Positions 8,700 to 17,051 of a DNA stretch of 32,000 nucleotides are shown piece after piece (the stretch's first letter is position 1; each line of letters begins with the position of its first letter). Made by a program: the position numbers and the translations under genes. The stretch is from Pyrobaculum calidifontis JCM 11548 (GTDB taxonomy: Archaea > Thermoproteota > Thermoprotei > Thermoproteales > Thermoproteaceae). Under the pieces are notes generated by a model. The model was not told the origin of the DNA. It saw only the letters and a list, made by a program, of their open reading frames with translations, and ran no database searches. The DNA lies in assembly GCF_000015805.1 (NCBI RefSeq), contig NC_009073.1, positions 1,410,001 to 1,442,000 on the forward strand. The letters are read 5' to 3'.

Positions 8700-10003
8700 C
8701 TCAGTGGCACAAAGAGGGTGAAGTTGCCCGGCGGGGCCAGCTCGGGGTGTATTATCCAGAGTAGCTCTTCGAGCACTTGGTCGGGGTATGCGTTGGCGAG
8801 TTGGTAGAAGGCGTCGCTGTAGGCGTATAATCTGCCCACTGCGACGGCCTTTAGCTCGGAGAGCCTCGGCTCGATTTTCAAAATGTCGGAGACGGACTGC
8901 ACGCCATAGCCCGACCACACGAGGACGTCCACGTCCTTCTCCTTCAGCACCACCTCCAGGTCTACGCGGCTGTAGTTTGAATAGGCGTAGCGGCCCCCGG
9001 CGAGGGATATGAGCTCTCTCACCTGCGGCCCCGCTGGGTACAGGACGCCGCCGAATATTATGAACCAGGCCACCCTTGGCCTATGCTCGGCCTCCCTCGC
9101 CAACGCGGCTAGGCTGTTCCACTTGGCCTCCGCCCCGTCGAAGATTTTGACGGCCGCGTCGGTGAGGTTGTAGAAGGCGGCTATGAACTTTATCCACTCG
9201 GCCCTGCCCAGGGGGGACCCCTCCTGGAACTCGTTGACCACGGCGTAGGGGATTTTCAACTGGTCAAGCCGCTGTATCACCGCCTCTGTGCCGTAGGGGC
9301 CGGGGTAGAAGTAGACAAAGACCACGTCTGGCTTCAGCGCGGCTATTTGCTCATAGTTGGGCGAGCTGGCGGGCCCCACGTCCCTGATTGTGCCGTTCTC
9401 AAGGGCCTTCGCCACCTCGGGGAGGTGCCACGCGTACTCCTTCCCCCACATTATGCCCACCACCGACTTAAGCACGTGGGCATCGCCGCCCTCCTTGTAC
9501 AGGCGGTACGCCATGGCCACATGCGTAGAGGACATGTACACGGCGCGTTGCACGGGGTAGTAGACCACGGCGGCTGGCTTGTACTTATCCACGTAGAACT
9601 TTGTGAGGGCCGGGCCCGCGCCCCTGGGGGCGAGGAGTATCGTCCTGCCGAGGGCGTCCCTCAGCACGTAGTAGCCCCCCTCGTACCTTATGGAGAACAG
9701 CTTGGCGTACTTGACCGGCACCTCGCCGGCGGGGGCCTGGGCGGCCTTTAGCAGAATGGCCGTGGCGTTTTTCGCCGCGGCGGCCTCCCTCTCCACGTTG
9801 GCCAGCCTCTGCTCAACCCCAGACGCCAGAGAGGCGAGGGTGGAGTTCAGCGACTTTACGGCAGATGTGAGAGCCCCCAGCTCCTGCCCCGTCGCGTGGA
9901 GCGCCTCCTCGACCTTAGCCGAGGTGGACCAGGCCAGCGCCACTGCCAGTATGGAGATTAACAACGCAGCCGCGGCTAGTCCCAGCGTAATTTTTTGACT
10001 CAT
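8696..10003 (-). CDS. BtuF/FhuD-type (class III) substrate-binding protein with an N-terminal membrane anchor; probable corrinoid or iron-chelate binding
   Basis: I trim the start to ATG 10003 (MSQKITLGLAAAALLISILAVALAW), which has a TATA box 22.5 nt upstream. A TM anchor is followed by an Ala-rich coiled linker and a periplasmic-binding fold (…KPDVVFVYFYPGPYG…, …DVLVWSGYG…). The B12 neighbourhood suggests a corrinoid substrate. Confidence 0.8.
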   Translation of the reverse strand: MSQKITLGLAAAALLISILAVALAWSTSAKVEEALHATGQELGALTSAVKSLNSTLASLASGVEQRLANVEREAAAAKNATAILLKAAQAPAGEVPVKYAKLFSIRYEGGYYVLRDALGRTILLAPRGAGPALTKFYVDKYKPAAVVYYPVQRAVYMSSTHVAMAYRLYKEGGDAHVLKSVVGIMWGKEYAWHLPEVAKALENGTIRDVGPASSPNYEQIAALKPDVVFVYFYPGPYGTEAVIQRLDQLKIPYAVVNEFQEGSPLGRAEWIKFIAAFYNLTDAAVKIFDGAEAKWNSLAALAREAEHRPRVAWFIIFGGVLYPAGPQVRELISLAGGRYAYSNYSRVDLEVVLKEKDVDVLVWSGYGVQSVSDILKIEPRLSELKAVAVGRLYAYSDAFYQLANAYPDQVLEELLWIIHPELAPPGNFTLFVPLR

Positions 10004-10021
10004 ATGTGGGAGAAATATCCC

Positions 10022-10029
10022 ATATTTAA
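10022..10029 (-). promoter_or_regulatory. TATA box (TTAAATAT on minus strand) for the ABC importer operon
   Basis: Centred 22.5 nt upstream of ATG 10003. The same octamer and spacing occur at cbtB. Confidence 0.45.
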
Positions 10030-10255
10030 CAATTTCCATAAGAGATTTAACGACGGGCGAGGTGCCCTCCGTGATGAGCATGGGAACGGCGTATGTGTGA
10101 AGAGGGCTTGATTAACTGACGTCTACTGGAGCTCTGTCCTCGCTTGGCTGTAGCCGTTTGGGCTAGCATTGTGCGAGTGGGGAGCCTTGACTGCGGCTCT
10201 GTCATGCAAACAACTCACTATGCTCGCCGCATTAAGTGGCTGGCGCGGGTAATTG

Positions 10256-10263
10256 ATAAAATA
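10256..10263 (+). promoter_or_regulatory. TATA box (ATAAAATA) for nnr
   Basis: Centred 24.5 nt upstream of ATG 10284. Confidence 0.4.
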
Positions 10264-10283
10264 TTGACGTATCTGGGGGGGGC

Positions 10284-11789
10284 ATGGCCATCTCTTCTCT
10301 GGAGATGTATGTGGCGGATCGTAATGCCGAGTGGCTTGGGGTGCCGCGGCTTGTGCTTATGGAGAACGCCGGGGCGGCTGTGGCTAGGAACCTTCTGCGG
10401 AAGTTTCCCAACGCGTCAAACGTCCTGGTGGTGTGTGGCACTGGTGACAACGGCGGTGATGGCTACGTCGCGGCGCGGCACCTCCACGCGGCTGGGAAGA
10501 GGGTGAGGGTGGTGGGGCTGGGCGAGCCAAGGGAGGAGCTGGCGAGGGTCAACTTCGAGGCTGTGAGGAGGCTGTGGGGGGTGGAGCTGGCGGTGGTCCG
10601 CGACGTGTTGGAGCTGTTGGCTTTGCAGGACTGGTTCCTCTGGGCTGACGTCATTGTAGACGCCGTGTTGGGGACGGGGATTAGGGGTGTGTTGAGGGAG
10701 CCGCAGGCCACCGCCATTGACCTCATGAACGCCGCGGCGGCGCCTAAGGTGGCTGTGGATGTGCCAAGCGGCCTTGACCCAGACACGGGGGAGGTGAGAG
10801 ACAAGGCCGTCAAGGCCGCGCTGACGGTCACTTTCCACAAGGCTAAGAGGGGCCTCTTGGCGCCTGGCGCCGAGAGGTACGTGGGGGAGCTTGTGGTGGA
10901 GCCCATCGGCATCCCGCCTGAGGCTGAGCTGGTGGTGGGGCCGGGGGACTTCGCCTACCTCAACTTCTCTAGGCGGGCTGACTCTAAGAAGGGGGACCAC
11001 GGGAGGGTGCTGGTGGTTGGGGGCTCGTTGGAGTACTCGGGGGCCCCCGTCTACGTGGCTAAGGCCGCTCTGAGAGGCGGCGTGGACTTGGCAGTGGTGG
11101 CGGCGCCCGAGCCGGCGGCCTACGCGGCCAAGGCGCAGGGCCCTGAGGTCATCGCCATACCCCTCGAGGGGGCCCGCCTCTCCCTCAAACACGTGGACAA
11201 GCTGGCGTCTCTTGCGGAGCGGTTCGACGTAGTGGCCATGGGGCCCGGCCTTGGGACTGAGGGAGAGACGCCAGACGCCGTGCGCGAGCTGTTCAACAAG
11301 CTGGCCGGGAGGAAGCCGCTGGTGGTAGACGCAGACGCGATAAAGGCGCTTAGGGGAGTGGAGGCGAGGGGTGTCGTGGTCTTTACTCCGCACGCGGGGG
11401 AGTTCAAGGCGCTCACCGGCGTGGAGCCCCCCGCAGATCTGAGGGCTAGGGCCGAGGTGGTGAAGGAGTGGGCGGCGCGGCTCGGAGGCGCGGTCATCCT
11501 CCTCAAGGGCAGGTTCGACGTGGCCTCAGACGGGCAGAGGGTTAAGATAAACGCCACGGGGACACCTGCAATGACCGTGGGGGGCACTGGCGACGTGCTC
11601 ACGGGCCTTGTGGCGGCCTTCCTCACCAAGTCCAAGGACCCCCTAGAGGCGGCGGCGGTTGCCGCCTTCGTCAACGGCCTCGCTGGCGAAGAGGCGGCGG
11701 CTCAGCTGGGCTTCCACATAACAGCCACAGACCTCCTAGACCGCATCCCCGGCGTAGTCAAGAGGTTTGCGAGAGAGCAGGTGGTTTAA
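10284..11789 (+). CDS. nnr: bifunctional NAD(P)H-hydrate repair enzyme (NAD(P)HX epimerase / ADP-dependent dehydratase), YjeF_N + YjeF_C
   Basis: N-terminal domain carries CGTGDNGGDGYV. The C-terminal carbohydrate-kinase-like domain carries GGSLEYSGAP and GGTGDVLTG. 501 aa. Confidence 0.9.
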   Translation: MAISSLEMYVADRNAEWLGVPRLVLMENAGAAVARNLLRKFPNASNVLVVCGTGDNGGDGYVAARHLHAAGKRVRVVGLGEPREELARVNFEAVRRLWGVELAVVRDVLELLALQDWFLWADVIVDAVLGTGIRGVLREPQATAIDLMNAAAAPKVAVDVPSGLDPDTGEVRDKAVKAALTVTFHKAKRGLLAPGAERYVGELVVEPIGIPPEAELVVGPGDFAYLNFSRRADSKKGDHGRVLVVGGSLEYSGAPVYVAKAALRGGVDLAVVAAPEPAAYAAKAQGPEVIAIPLEGARLSLKHVDKLASLAERFDVVAMGPGLGTEGETPDAVRELFNKLAGRKPLVVDADAIKALRGVEARGVVVFTPHAGEFKALTGVEPPADLRARAEVVKEWAARLGGAVILLKGRFDVASDGQRVKINATGTPAMTVGGTGDVLTGLVAAFLTKSKDPLEAAAVAAFVNGLAGEEAAAQLGFHITATDLLDRIPGVVKRFAREQVV

Positions 11790-12571
11790 CGCGGCTCTTC
11801 GACACGCCTTGGCCGATAGCTGTGTGAGTGGCTTGGGTCGTATACGGAGCTCCTCGGTAGCTCGGGTGGGCTCACGGGCTCACCCACTATGATGATGGAG
11901 TCGCGGACTATTCTCTCTCTTTTGACTTTCTCCGCTATGTCCCCGAGTGTGCCTGTCACTATCTTCTGGTCTGGCCATGTGGCCTTGTATACCACCGCGA
12001 CTGGGGTATCGGTGCCAAGGCCGCCTTGCAACAGCTCGTGGACCACCTTGTCTATTACGTGGACGCCGGTGTATATCACTGCGACTGCCCCCGTCTTGCG
12101 CATGAACTCTGCCACATCTACGAGGGACCCCCTCATGGGCACTCTGGTGGACGCCCTCGTAATAACTACGTGTTGCACTCTCTTGGGCACGGTCAGCTCA
12201 ATCTTCATGGCTGAGGCGGCCGCAAGCGCCGCCGTGACGCCTGGCACAACTTCGTAGGGTATGCCCAGCAACTGGAGGGGGATTATCTCCTCCCACAAGG
12301 CGCCGTATATGGAGGGGTCGCCCGACTTTAGCCTGGCCACGAGCAACCCCTTGGAGGCCTTTTCCACGAGGATTGAGACTATCTCCTCTGTGGTCATAGA
12401 AGCGCTGTTGTAGACCTCGGCGTCTGGCCTCGCGTATTTCAAAAGCTCGGGGTTAACTAACGACCCCGCGTAGACCACTACGTCTGCCGCCTGGAGGTAC
12501 TTCAGCCCCTTCACAGTGATGAGCTCTGGGTCGCCGGGGCCGGCGCCTATGAACACTACCTTGCCCGCCAT
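11786..12571 (-). CDS. cbiF: cobalt-precorrin-4 C11-methyltransferase
   Basis: Tetrapyrrole methylase fold. The N-terminus VVFIGAGPGDPELITVKGLKYLQAADVVVYAGSLVNPELL matches the CbiF/CobM pattern. Confidence 0.9.
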   Translation of the reverse strand: MAGKVVFIGAGPGDPELITVKGLKYLQAADVVVYAGSLVNPELLKYARPDAEVYNSASMTTEEIVSILVEKASKGLLVARLKSGDPSIYGALWEEIIPLQLLGIPYEVVPGVTAALAAASAMKIELTVPKRVQHVVITRASTRVPMRGSLVDVAEFMRKTGAVAVIYTGVHVIDKVVHELLQGGLGTDTPVAVVYKATWPDQKIVTGTLGDIAEKVKRERIVRDSIIIVGEPVSPPELPRSSVYDPSHSHSYRPRRVEEPR

Positions 12572-13185
12572 AGGTACACAGTGGTGAAGTAGTCAGTCCA
12601 CCCCACGGCCCGGCCCACAGCCTCTCCCTCCATGTGGCACCTCCTGACAGCCGCGCCGGCATATGAAGAGAGGAGGCGGTTTAACAAGTCTAGGTTCTTG
12701 TTGGCCTTGACCACCACCACTGCGTCGAAGAGGGAGAGGGCGGTCTCCACTAGCTCCGGCCTCGTGGCTGGCACAATGGCCACGGCCTCGTCCCCGACGG
12801 CGAGCGGCCTGCCGACTTTGAGTGAACAGGAAACTATGGCGGAGACGCCGGGGATGTACTCCACGGGCTCATCAACGTAGGGCAGGAGCTTGGCGAAGGT
12901 GCTGTACAGCGCGGGGTCTCCCAGCACCACATACGCCTTCTCTCCCCCGTACCTCTTCACCGCCTCCGCGGCCTTGGCGTAGTCCTCAGAGGCGCTGGCG
13001 CCCATCTTGAACTCCAGCTCCACTACTTGGCCGCCGGCGTACCTCTCCACTATCCTCCTCGCCAGGCTGGCCTCTGAGGAGGTGGACTTGGGCACAAAGA
13101 CCACGTCTGCCCTCTGGAGGGCCTTAAGCGCCTTAATTGTCACAAGCTCCGGGTCTCCGGGGCCTAGGCCAATTACCCTAAGCAT
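12556..13185 (-). CDS. cbiL: cobalt-factor II (precorrin-2) C20-methyltransferase
   Basis: Tetrapyrrole methylase (GLGPGDPELVTIKA…VLGDPALYSTF…PGVSA), of CbiL size and pattern. It overlaps cbiT by 8 nt and cbiF by 16 nt. Confidence 0.85.
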   Translation of the reverse strand: MLRVIGLGPGDPELVTIKALKALQRADVVFVPKSTSSEASLARRIVERYAGGQVVELEFKMGASASEDYAKAAEAVKRYGGEKAYVVLGDPALYSTFAKLLPYVDEPVEYIPGVSAIVSCSLKVGRPLAVGDEAVAIVPATRPELVETALSLFDAVVVVKANKNLDLLNRLLSSYAGAAVRRCHMEGEAVGRAVGWTDYFTTVYLWRAR

Positions 13186-13765
13186 ATGCCGTAATTATGT
13201 AGACGGGGTTTAAAGCGGTCATCACCGTGTACCTTCCCTTGCGCTGTCCGCGGGCGACGAATATCTGGGTCACCTCGTAGTCTAGGCCCAACTCGCCGAG
13301 GGCCTCCACCGCCGCCTTAAGCGACTCCAAAGTCACCACGTCGGCGACTATGATCCCCTTTTCCATGCGCTCCACAGCGGCCTTGATTATGGCCGGTAGC
13401 TCAAGCCCTCCCCCGCCGACGAAGTAGCGGTCTGCCTTAGGCAACTCGGCCAACACCTCCGGGGCCTTTCCCCTCACCAACACCACTCTGTCCGCCACGC
13501 CGAACTTCTCCGCGTTGCGCTTAGTCAACATGAGCGCCTCCTCGTCGTAGTCCACGGCGTATACGCGCGACCCCTCTCCCATTATAAGCGCCGCCTCCAC
13601 AGACACGCTCCCTGTCCCACAGCCCACGTCCACTAAGACGCCGCCTCTGCGTAGCCTAAGCTTTGAAAGAGCTACTGACCTCACCTCCGCCTTGGTCATA
13701 GGCACGCCCTCCGCCCTCTCAAACAGCTCGTCGGGTATTCCCGGCGTTGCGTAGGGCCAAGTCAT
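13178..13765 (-). CDS. cbiT: cobalt-precorrin-6B C15-methyltransferase (decarboxylating)
   Basis: Class I SAM methyltransferase with the CbiT N-terminal signature (GVPMTKAEVRSVALSKLRL…VDVGCGTGSVSVEAA). Confidence 0.9.
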   Translation of the reverse strand: MTWPYATPGIPDELFERAEGVPMTKAEVRSVALSKLRLRRGGVLVDVGCGTGSVSVEAALIMGEGSRVYAVDYDEEALMLTKRNAEKFGVADRVVLVRGKAPEVLAELPKADRYFVGGGGLELPAIIKAAVERMEKGIIVADVVTLESLKAAVEALGELGLDYEVTQIFVARGQRKGRYTVMTALNPVYIITAYA

Positions 13766-14772
13766 ACCTTGGCCAACAGCTCCCCTCCCCTTGCGAACAC
13801 CACCACTACTACGTCGTTGCCCAACGCCTGCTTAGCCCTAACGGCCATGTGTTCCACCACGGCCCTGGCGTGTGGGCCCAAGTAATACAGCGCCTCTTCC
13901 ACAGACGAGGCCTTAACTAGTGCCCCAAGCAGTGCGGGATCTACGCCCACCGCCACGGCCGAGTAAAGCACGGACTCTACGCCGCATTTACACAACTTGC
14001 TGTGGGTGTTCAACGCACCGCAAGCTATCTTAGCCAGCTTGCCCGGCATCGTGGCCAAGTAGATCTCAGAGAAGCCAAACTCCCTAGCCGCCGCCACGGC
14101 CTCTCCCACTAAGTCCCCTATTTTGACCACACAGTCGCATATGGCGGACCTGGCATATTGGGCGCTTCCACTCCCCTGCGCCAACACCACTCTGTCCCCA
14201 GACGACCTCAGCACCTTCAGCTCGGCCTTTACATGTTCAATATACCCCTCGGCGCTCACTGGATACTCTATGCCAGTGGTGCCCAGTATAGACACTCCGC
14301 CCACGATGCCAAGCCTCTCGTTCATGGTTAACTTGGCCAGCTCCTCCCCGCCGGGCACCTCTATCACCACTTCACCGCCCTTCGCCACCTCTCTAAAGGC
14401 CTCCTCAATCATCCGCCTAGGCACAGGGTTTATGGCGGGCTCTCCGGGGGGCACCGGCAAACCGGGCCTAGTGACCACGCCGACCCCCCTGCCCCCCTTA
14501 ACTACCACCTCCTCGCCCCCCAGCCTCGCACACGCCTTGATTATCGCCCCGTCCAAGACGTCGGGGTTGTCCCCAGAGACCTTCTTTACCTCGGCGCAGT
14601 GCCTCCCCTCTTCTACGTACAGCCTCTCCACGGGCACCTCAATCCTTAGCCCAATGGGCGTAGGCACTACCACAGCTCTGGGCCGCTCCCCCAGCGCAAA
14701 CAGCGCGGCGGCCTTGGCCGCAGCAGCCGCCGCGAGGCCGGTGGTTATCCCAAAACGCATCAGTGGAATCAT
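13762..14772 (-). CDS. cbiD: cobalt-precorrin-5B C1-methyltransferase
   Basis: CbiD-type N-terminus (FGITTGLAAAAAAKAA), and GTTGI and related motifs. 336 aa. ATGA-type 4-nt overlaps at both ends. Confidence 0.9.
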   Translation of the reverse strand: MIPLMRFGITTGLAAAAAAKAAALFALGERPRAVVVPTPIGLRIEVPVERLYVEEGRHCAEVKKVSGDNPDVLDGAIIKACARLGGEEVVVKGGRGVGVVTRPGLPVPPGEPAINPVPRRMIEEAFREVAKGGEVVIEVPGGEELAKLTMNERLGIVGGVSILGTTGIEYPVSAEGYIEHVKAELKVLRSSGDRVVLAQGSGSAQYARSAICDCVVKIGDLVGEAVAAAREFGFSEIYLATMPGKLAKIACGALNTHSKLCKCGVESVLYSAVAVGVDPALLGALVKASSVEEALYYLGPHARAVVEHMAVRAKQALGNDVVVVVFARGGELLAKV

Positions 14773-15506
14773 AGCCGGTACTTCCTGCTGTATCCCCTCG
14801 GCGTAATCATGTAGCTGCCCCAGACAAATGTCTCAGAGTTGCCCACTATGAGGATAGTGCGCATGTCCACCTCGTCTACGTCTACTTCGCCCAACGTGGT
14901 TATCTTCACCGCCTCTCCCTCTCTGTAGGCGTTTTTAACAACTCCCACAGGCGTCGAGGGGCCTCTGACGGCCTTTACCACCTCTAAGACGCGCCTCAGC
15001 AGCCCACTATCTATGGGGTTGTACAACGCAATTACAAAGTCGCCCTCTGCGGCCTTCAACGCCCTGTGGAGAATCACATCCTCGGGGGTCAGAAGGGGGC
15101 TTAGGTTCAACACGACGAAGTCTGATCCTAGAGGCGAGCCGAGCCTAGCCCCAGCGGCCAGCGCCGCGGTTACGCCAGGCACCACCTCCACATCTACGGA
15201 GATCCCCCTCTTGGCCAACATCTCAAAGAGGAGGGGGGCCATGCCGAAGACTTGCGGATCTCCGTCTGAGACCAAGGCCACGGTCTTCCCCTCCAGCGCC
15301 TTGGCTATAGACACCTCTGCCCTGTACACCTCCTGCCGCATCTTGGCCGAAACCACCTCCTTGCCCCCGAGGAGGTCCTCCACCAGCTTTATATACGTCT
15401 CATACCCCACCACCACCTCGCTTTTAGCTATGGCGTCAATTGCGGCGAAGGTGCGCTGGGAGGGGTGGCCGGGGCCTATTCCCACTACGTATATCTTACC
15501 GCCCAT
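14769..15506 (-). CDS. cbiH: cobalt-factor III / precorrin-3B C17-methyltransferase
   Basis: I trim the start to ATG 15506 (MGGKIYVVGIGPGHP…VVVGYETY…LVSDGDPQVFGMA…PGVTAALAAGA…ALYNP). The 50-aa Trp/Ser/Pro-rich extension in the track ORF lies inside the upstream gene. Confidence 0.9.
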   Translation of the reverse strand: MGGKIYVVGIGPGHPSQRTFAAIDAIAKSEVVVGYETYIKLVEDLLGGKEVVSAKMRQEVYRAEVSIAKALEGKTVALVSDGDPQVFGMAPLLFEMLAKRGISVDVEVVPGVTAALAAGARLGSPLGSDFVVLNLSPLLTPEDVILHRALKAAEGDFVIALYNPIDSGLLRRVLEVVKAVRGPSTPVGVVKNAYREGEAVKITTLGEVDVDEVDMRTILIVGNSETFVWGSYMITPRGYSRKYRL

Positions 15507-16467
15507 GGGCCAGCTTGACCAGCTCGTTGAAAAGCGCCACGGCGATTCCAGATCCGCCGTATGTCCCCCTGACCACTGCGGCGGGGATGCCAGACTCCAC
15601 GAGCTCCTCCTTGACTCTCTCGGCATTGGTGAAGCCCACGGGGGACGCCACCGCAAAGGCCAACTCAGCCTCGCCGCTCCTCCACGCGTCTAAGCCTGCC
15701 TTAAGCGCCGTGGGGGCATTGCCCACTGCTAAGATCCCGTGCTTAAGCTCTCTGAGCCAGTGGCGCACGCCCTGCGCCGCCCTCGTCACGCCTATTGCTT
15801 GAGCGGGCGCATCCACTGCCACGTACACCCTTCGGTACTTGAGCCCAGCGGCCACCATTCTCACGTCAGCGACAGCTGGCACCTCGGCACGCACTGCCTC
15901 CTCGGCGGCCTTGAGCAAGTCGGGGGAAATCCACACGTTCTTCGCCAGCTCTAGGTTGCCGCTTGCATAAACCGCCCTGGCTATGAGGCGGTCTCTCCAG
16001 TTGGACAAGTCGAGGCCTAGCCTTTCAGCCACGTACCTCATAGACGACTCCTCCACCTCCTCTGGATCCCACACGACGTCTGGGCTCTGCCGCGCGCCCT
16101 CGCCTGCCTCAATGGCCCTTACTATGCGTGAGAGAAAGGCTGACAACACCAGCGGCGAGTCGCCCAGCGGCCTTGTCACATAGACCCTCTTCCCATACGT
16201 GGGAGAGGTGGCCCACTGCTCAAAGTCCACGCCTAATTCGCGGAGGATGTCCTTGGCCACGTGGTTCCCCTCGCCGAGGAAGGCCAGCGCAATTATCACG
16301 TCTCCCTCCGCTTCTCTTATTAGTTGCCGCCAGTTGGGCTCGGCGTATTCGTTGTACCCCACCACGGCCCTAACTCCAAGGCGCTTTGACGCCTCGGCGG
16401 CCCACCTCTCCATTAGCTCGTTAAACGCCGACCTCCGGGAGCCGTGGTTGACAACTATGACCTCCAT
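15496..16467 (-). CDS. cbiX/cbiC: fusion of small sirohydrochlorin cobaltochelatase (CbiX-S) and cobalt-precorrin-8 methylmutase (CbiC)
   Basis: Residues 1 to about 125 are CbiX-S-like (VVNHGSRR…LAFLGEGNHVAKDI…VTRPLGDSP). Residues from about 135 to 323 are CbiC/CobH-like (…VGNAPTAL…ASPVGFTNAE…GTYGGSGIAVA). Confidence 0.8.
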   Translation of the reverse strand: MEVIVVNHGSRRSAFNELMERWAAEASKRLGVRAVVGYNEYAEPNWRQLIREAEGDVIIALAFLGEGNHVAKDILRELGVDFEQWATSPTYGKRVYVTRPLGDSPLVLSAFLSRIVRAIEAGEGARQSPDVVWDPEEVEESSMRYVAERLGLDLSNWRDRLIARAVYASGNLELAKNVWISPDLLKAAEEAVRAEVPAVADVRMVAAGLKYRRVYVAVDAPAQAIGVTRAAQGVRHWLRELKHGILAVGNAPTALKAGLDAWRSGEAELAFAVASPVGFTNAERVKEELVESGIPAAVVRGTYGGSGIAVALFNELVKLAHGR

Positions 16468-17051
16468 AGCCTCCTAAGGGGGGCAAATATAGATGTTAAA
16501 ATCGCCAGCGAGCTCCAGAACAGCGCCCAAGACGCCAGGGAAAGGCCTTGGAGGGCCCTCAGCTCTGGCACAACTCCCGCGTATTTGTCGGGGAGAGTGA
16601 AGCTTGGAAATAGGAGGGGGCCAGCCCCAAGGGCCGCGGCGCCTGCGACTGCGGCAAGCCCTCCCCTCAGCACCAACAGAAGCGCAAATAGGTTGTAGAG
16701 CAGATACGCACCGTGCACCGCCTCTCGCCACCACACCGGCTCCACGTAGGAGACTCCATGCGGAGTGGGGAGCCACTTGAGGCCTGGTAGGAGGGAGAAG
16801 GCCACAAACATAAGCGCGGCCGTCTTGGCCACGCCGTGGCGCATGGACAAGTAGTGGAAAGGAGCAGCCCACGCGGCCCCAAGGGCCATGGCCACGAGCG
16901 GGAGAGCCCACCCTGCGTATTCCTCCTCCCCCTCAACCACGGCCAGCTTGTCGTGGAGTAACTCCGCCAGGGGGGCCGCGAAGTAGTAGAGGAAGGCCAG
17001 CTGGACCAGCGCCGCCAGTGCCCCGGCCACGAGGGCCAGCCTCAGTGACAT
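16455..17051 (-). CDS. cbtA: putative cobalt transporter subunit CbtA-like membrane protein
   Basis: Polytopic membrane protein following a CbtB-like gene at the head of the cbi operon. The loop LLPGLKWLPTPHGVS resembles the CbtA P-x-LKYP-x-NPP region. Assignment is from pattern and context only. Confidence 0.55.
   Translation of the reverse strand: MSLRLALVAGALAALVQLAFLYYFAAPLAELLHDKLAVVEGEEEYAGWALPLVAMALGAAWAAPFHYLSMRHGVAKTAALMFVAFSLLPGLKWLPTPHGVSYVEPVWWREAVHGAYLLYNLFALLLVLRGGLAAVAGAAALGAGPLLFPSFTLPDKYAGVVPELRALQGLSLASWALFWSSLAILTSIFAPLRRLWRS

Noticed and set aside
8700-8918. N-terminal extension of the permease ORF. Analogous extensions occur at 10004-10081, 15507-15656, 17270-17716, 22933-23220 and 31777-31941.
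   Set aside because: The extensions lie inside the upstream or opposite gene and are Arg-rich. They are replaced by starts that form 4-13 nt overlaps with the upstream stop, or that sit 22.5 nt from a TATA box.
10096-10118. GTGAAGA + 12 nt + CTGA, resembling a C box, guide and D' box in the btuF-nnr intergenic region
   Set aside because: No downstream C' or terminal D box lies within the expected 50-60 nt, and the C box is imperfect.
10004-10283. Cobalamin riboswitch upstream of the importer or cbi operons
   Set aside because: The TATA boxes sit about 22 nt from the start codons, leaving no leader. No B12-box-like sequence was seen.
10416-11393. 325-aa minus-strand ORF
   Set aside because: It is entirely antisense to the well-supported nnr gene. 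Its His/Pro/Arg-rich low-complexity composition is typical of an open antisense frame in GC-rich DNA.
14123-15693. Plus-strand ORFs 14123..14806 (227 aa) and 15013..15693 (226 aa)
   Set aside because: They are antisense to cbiD and cbiH, with Ser/Thr/Pro-rich low complexity.
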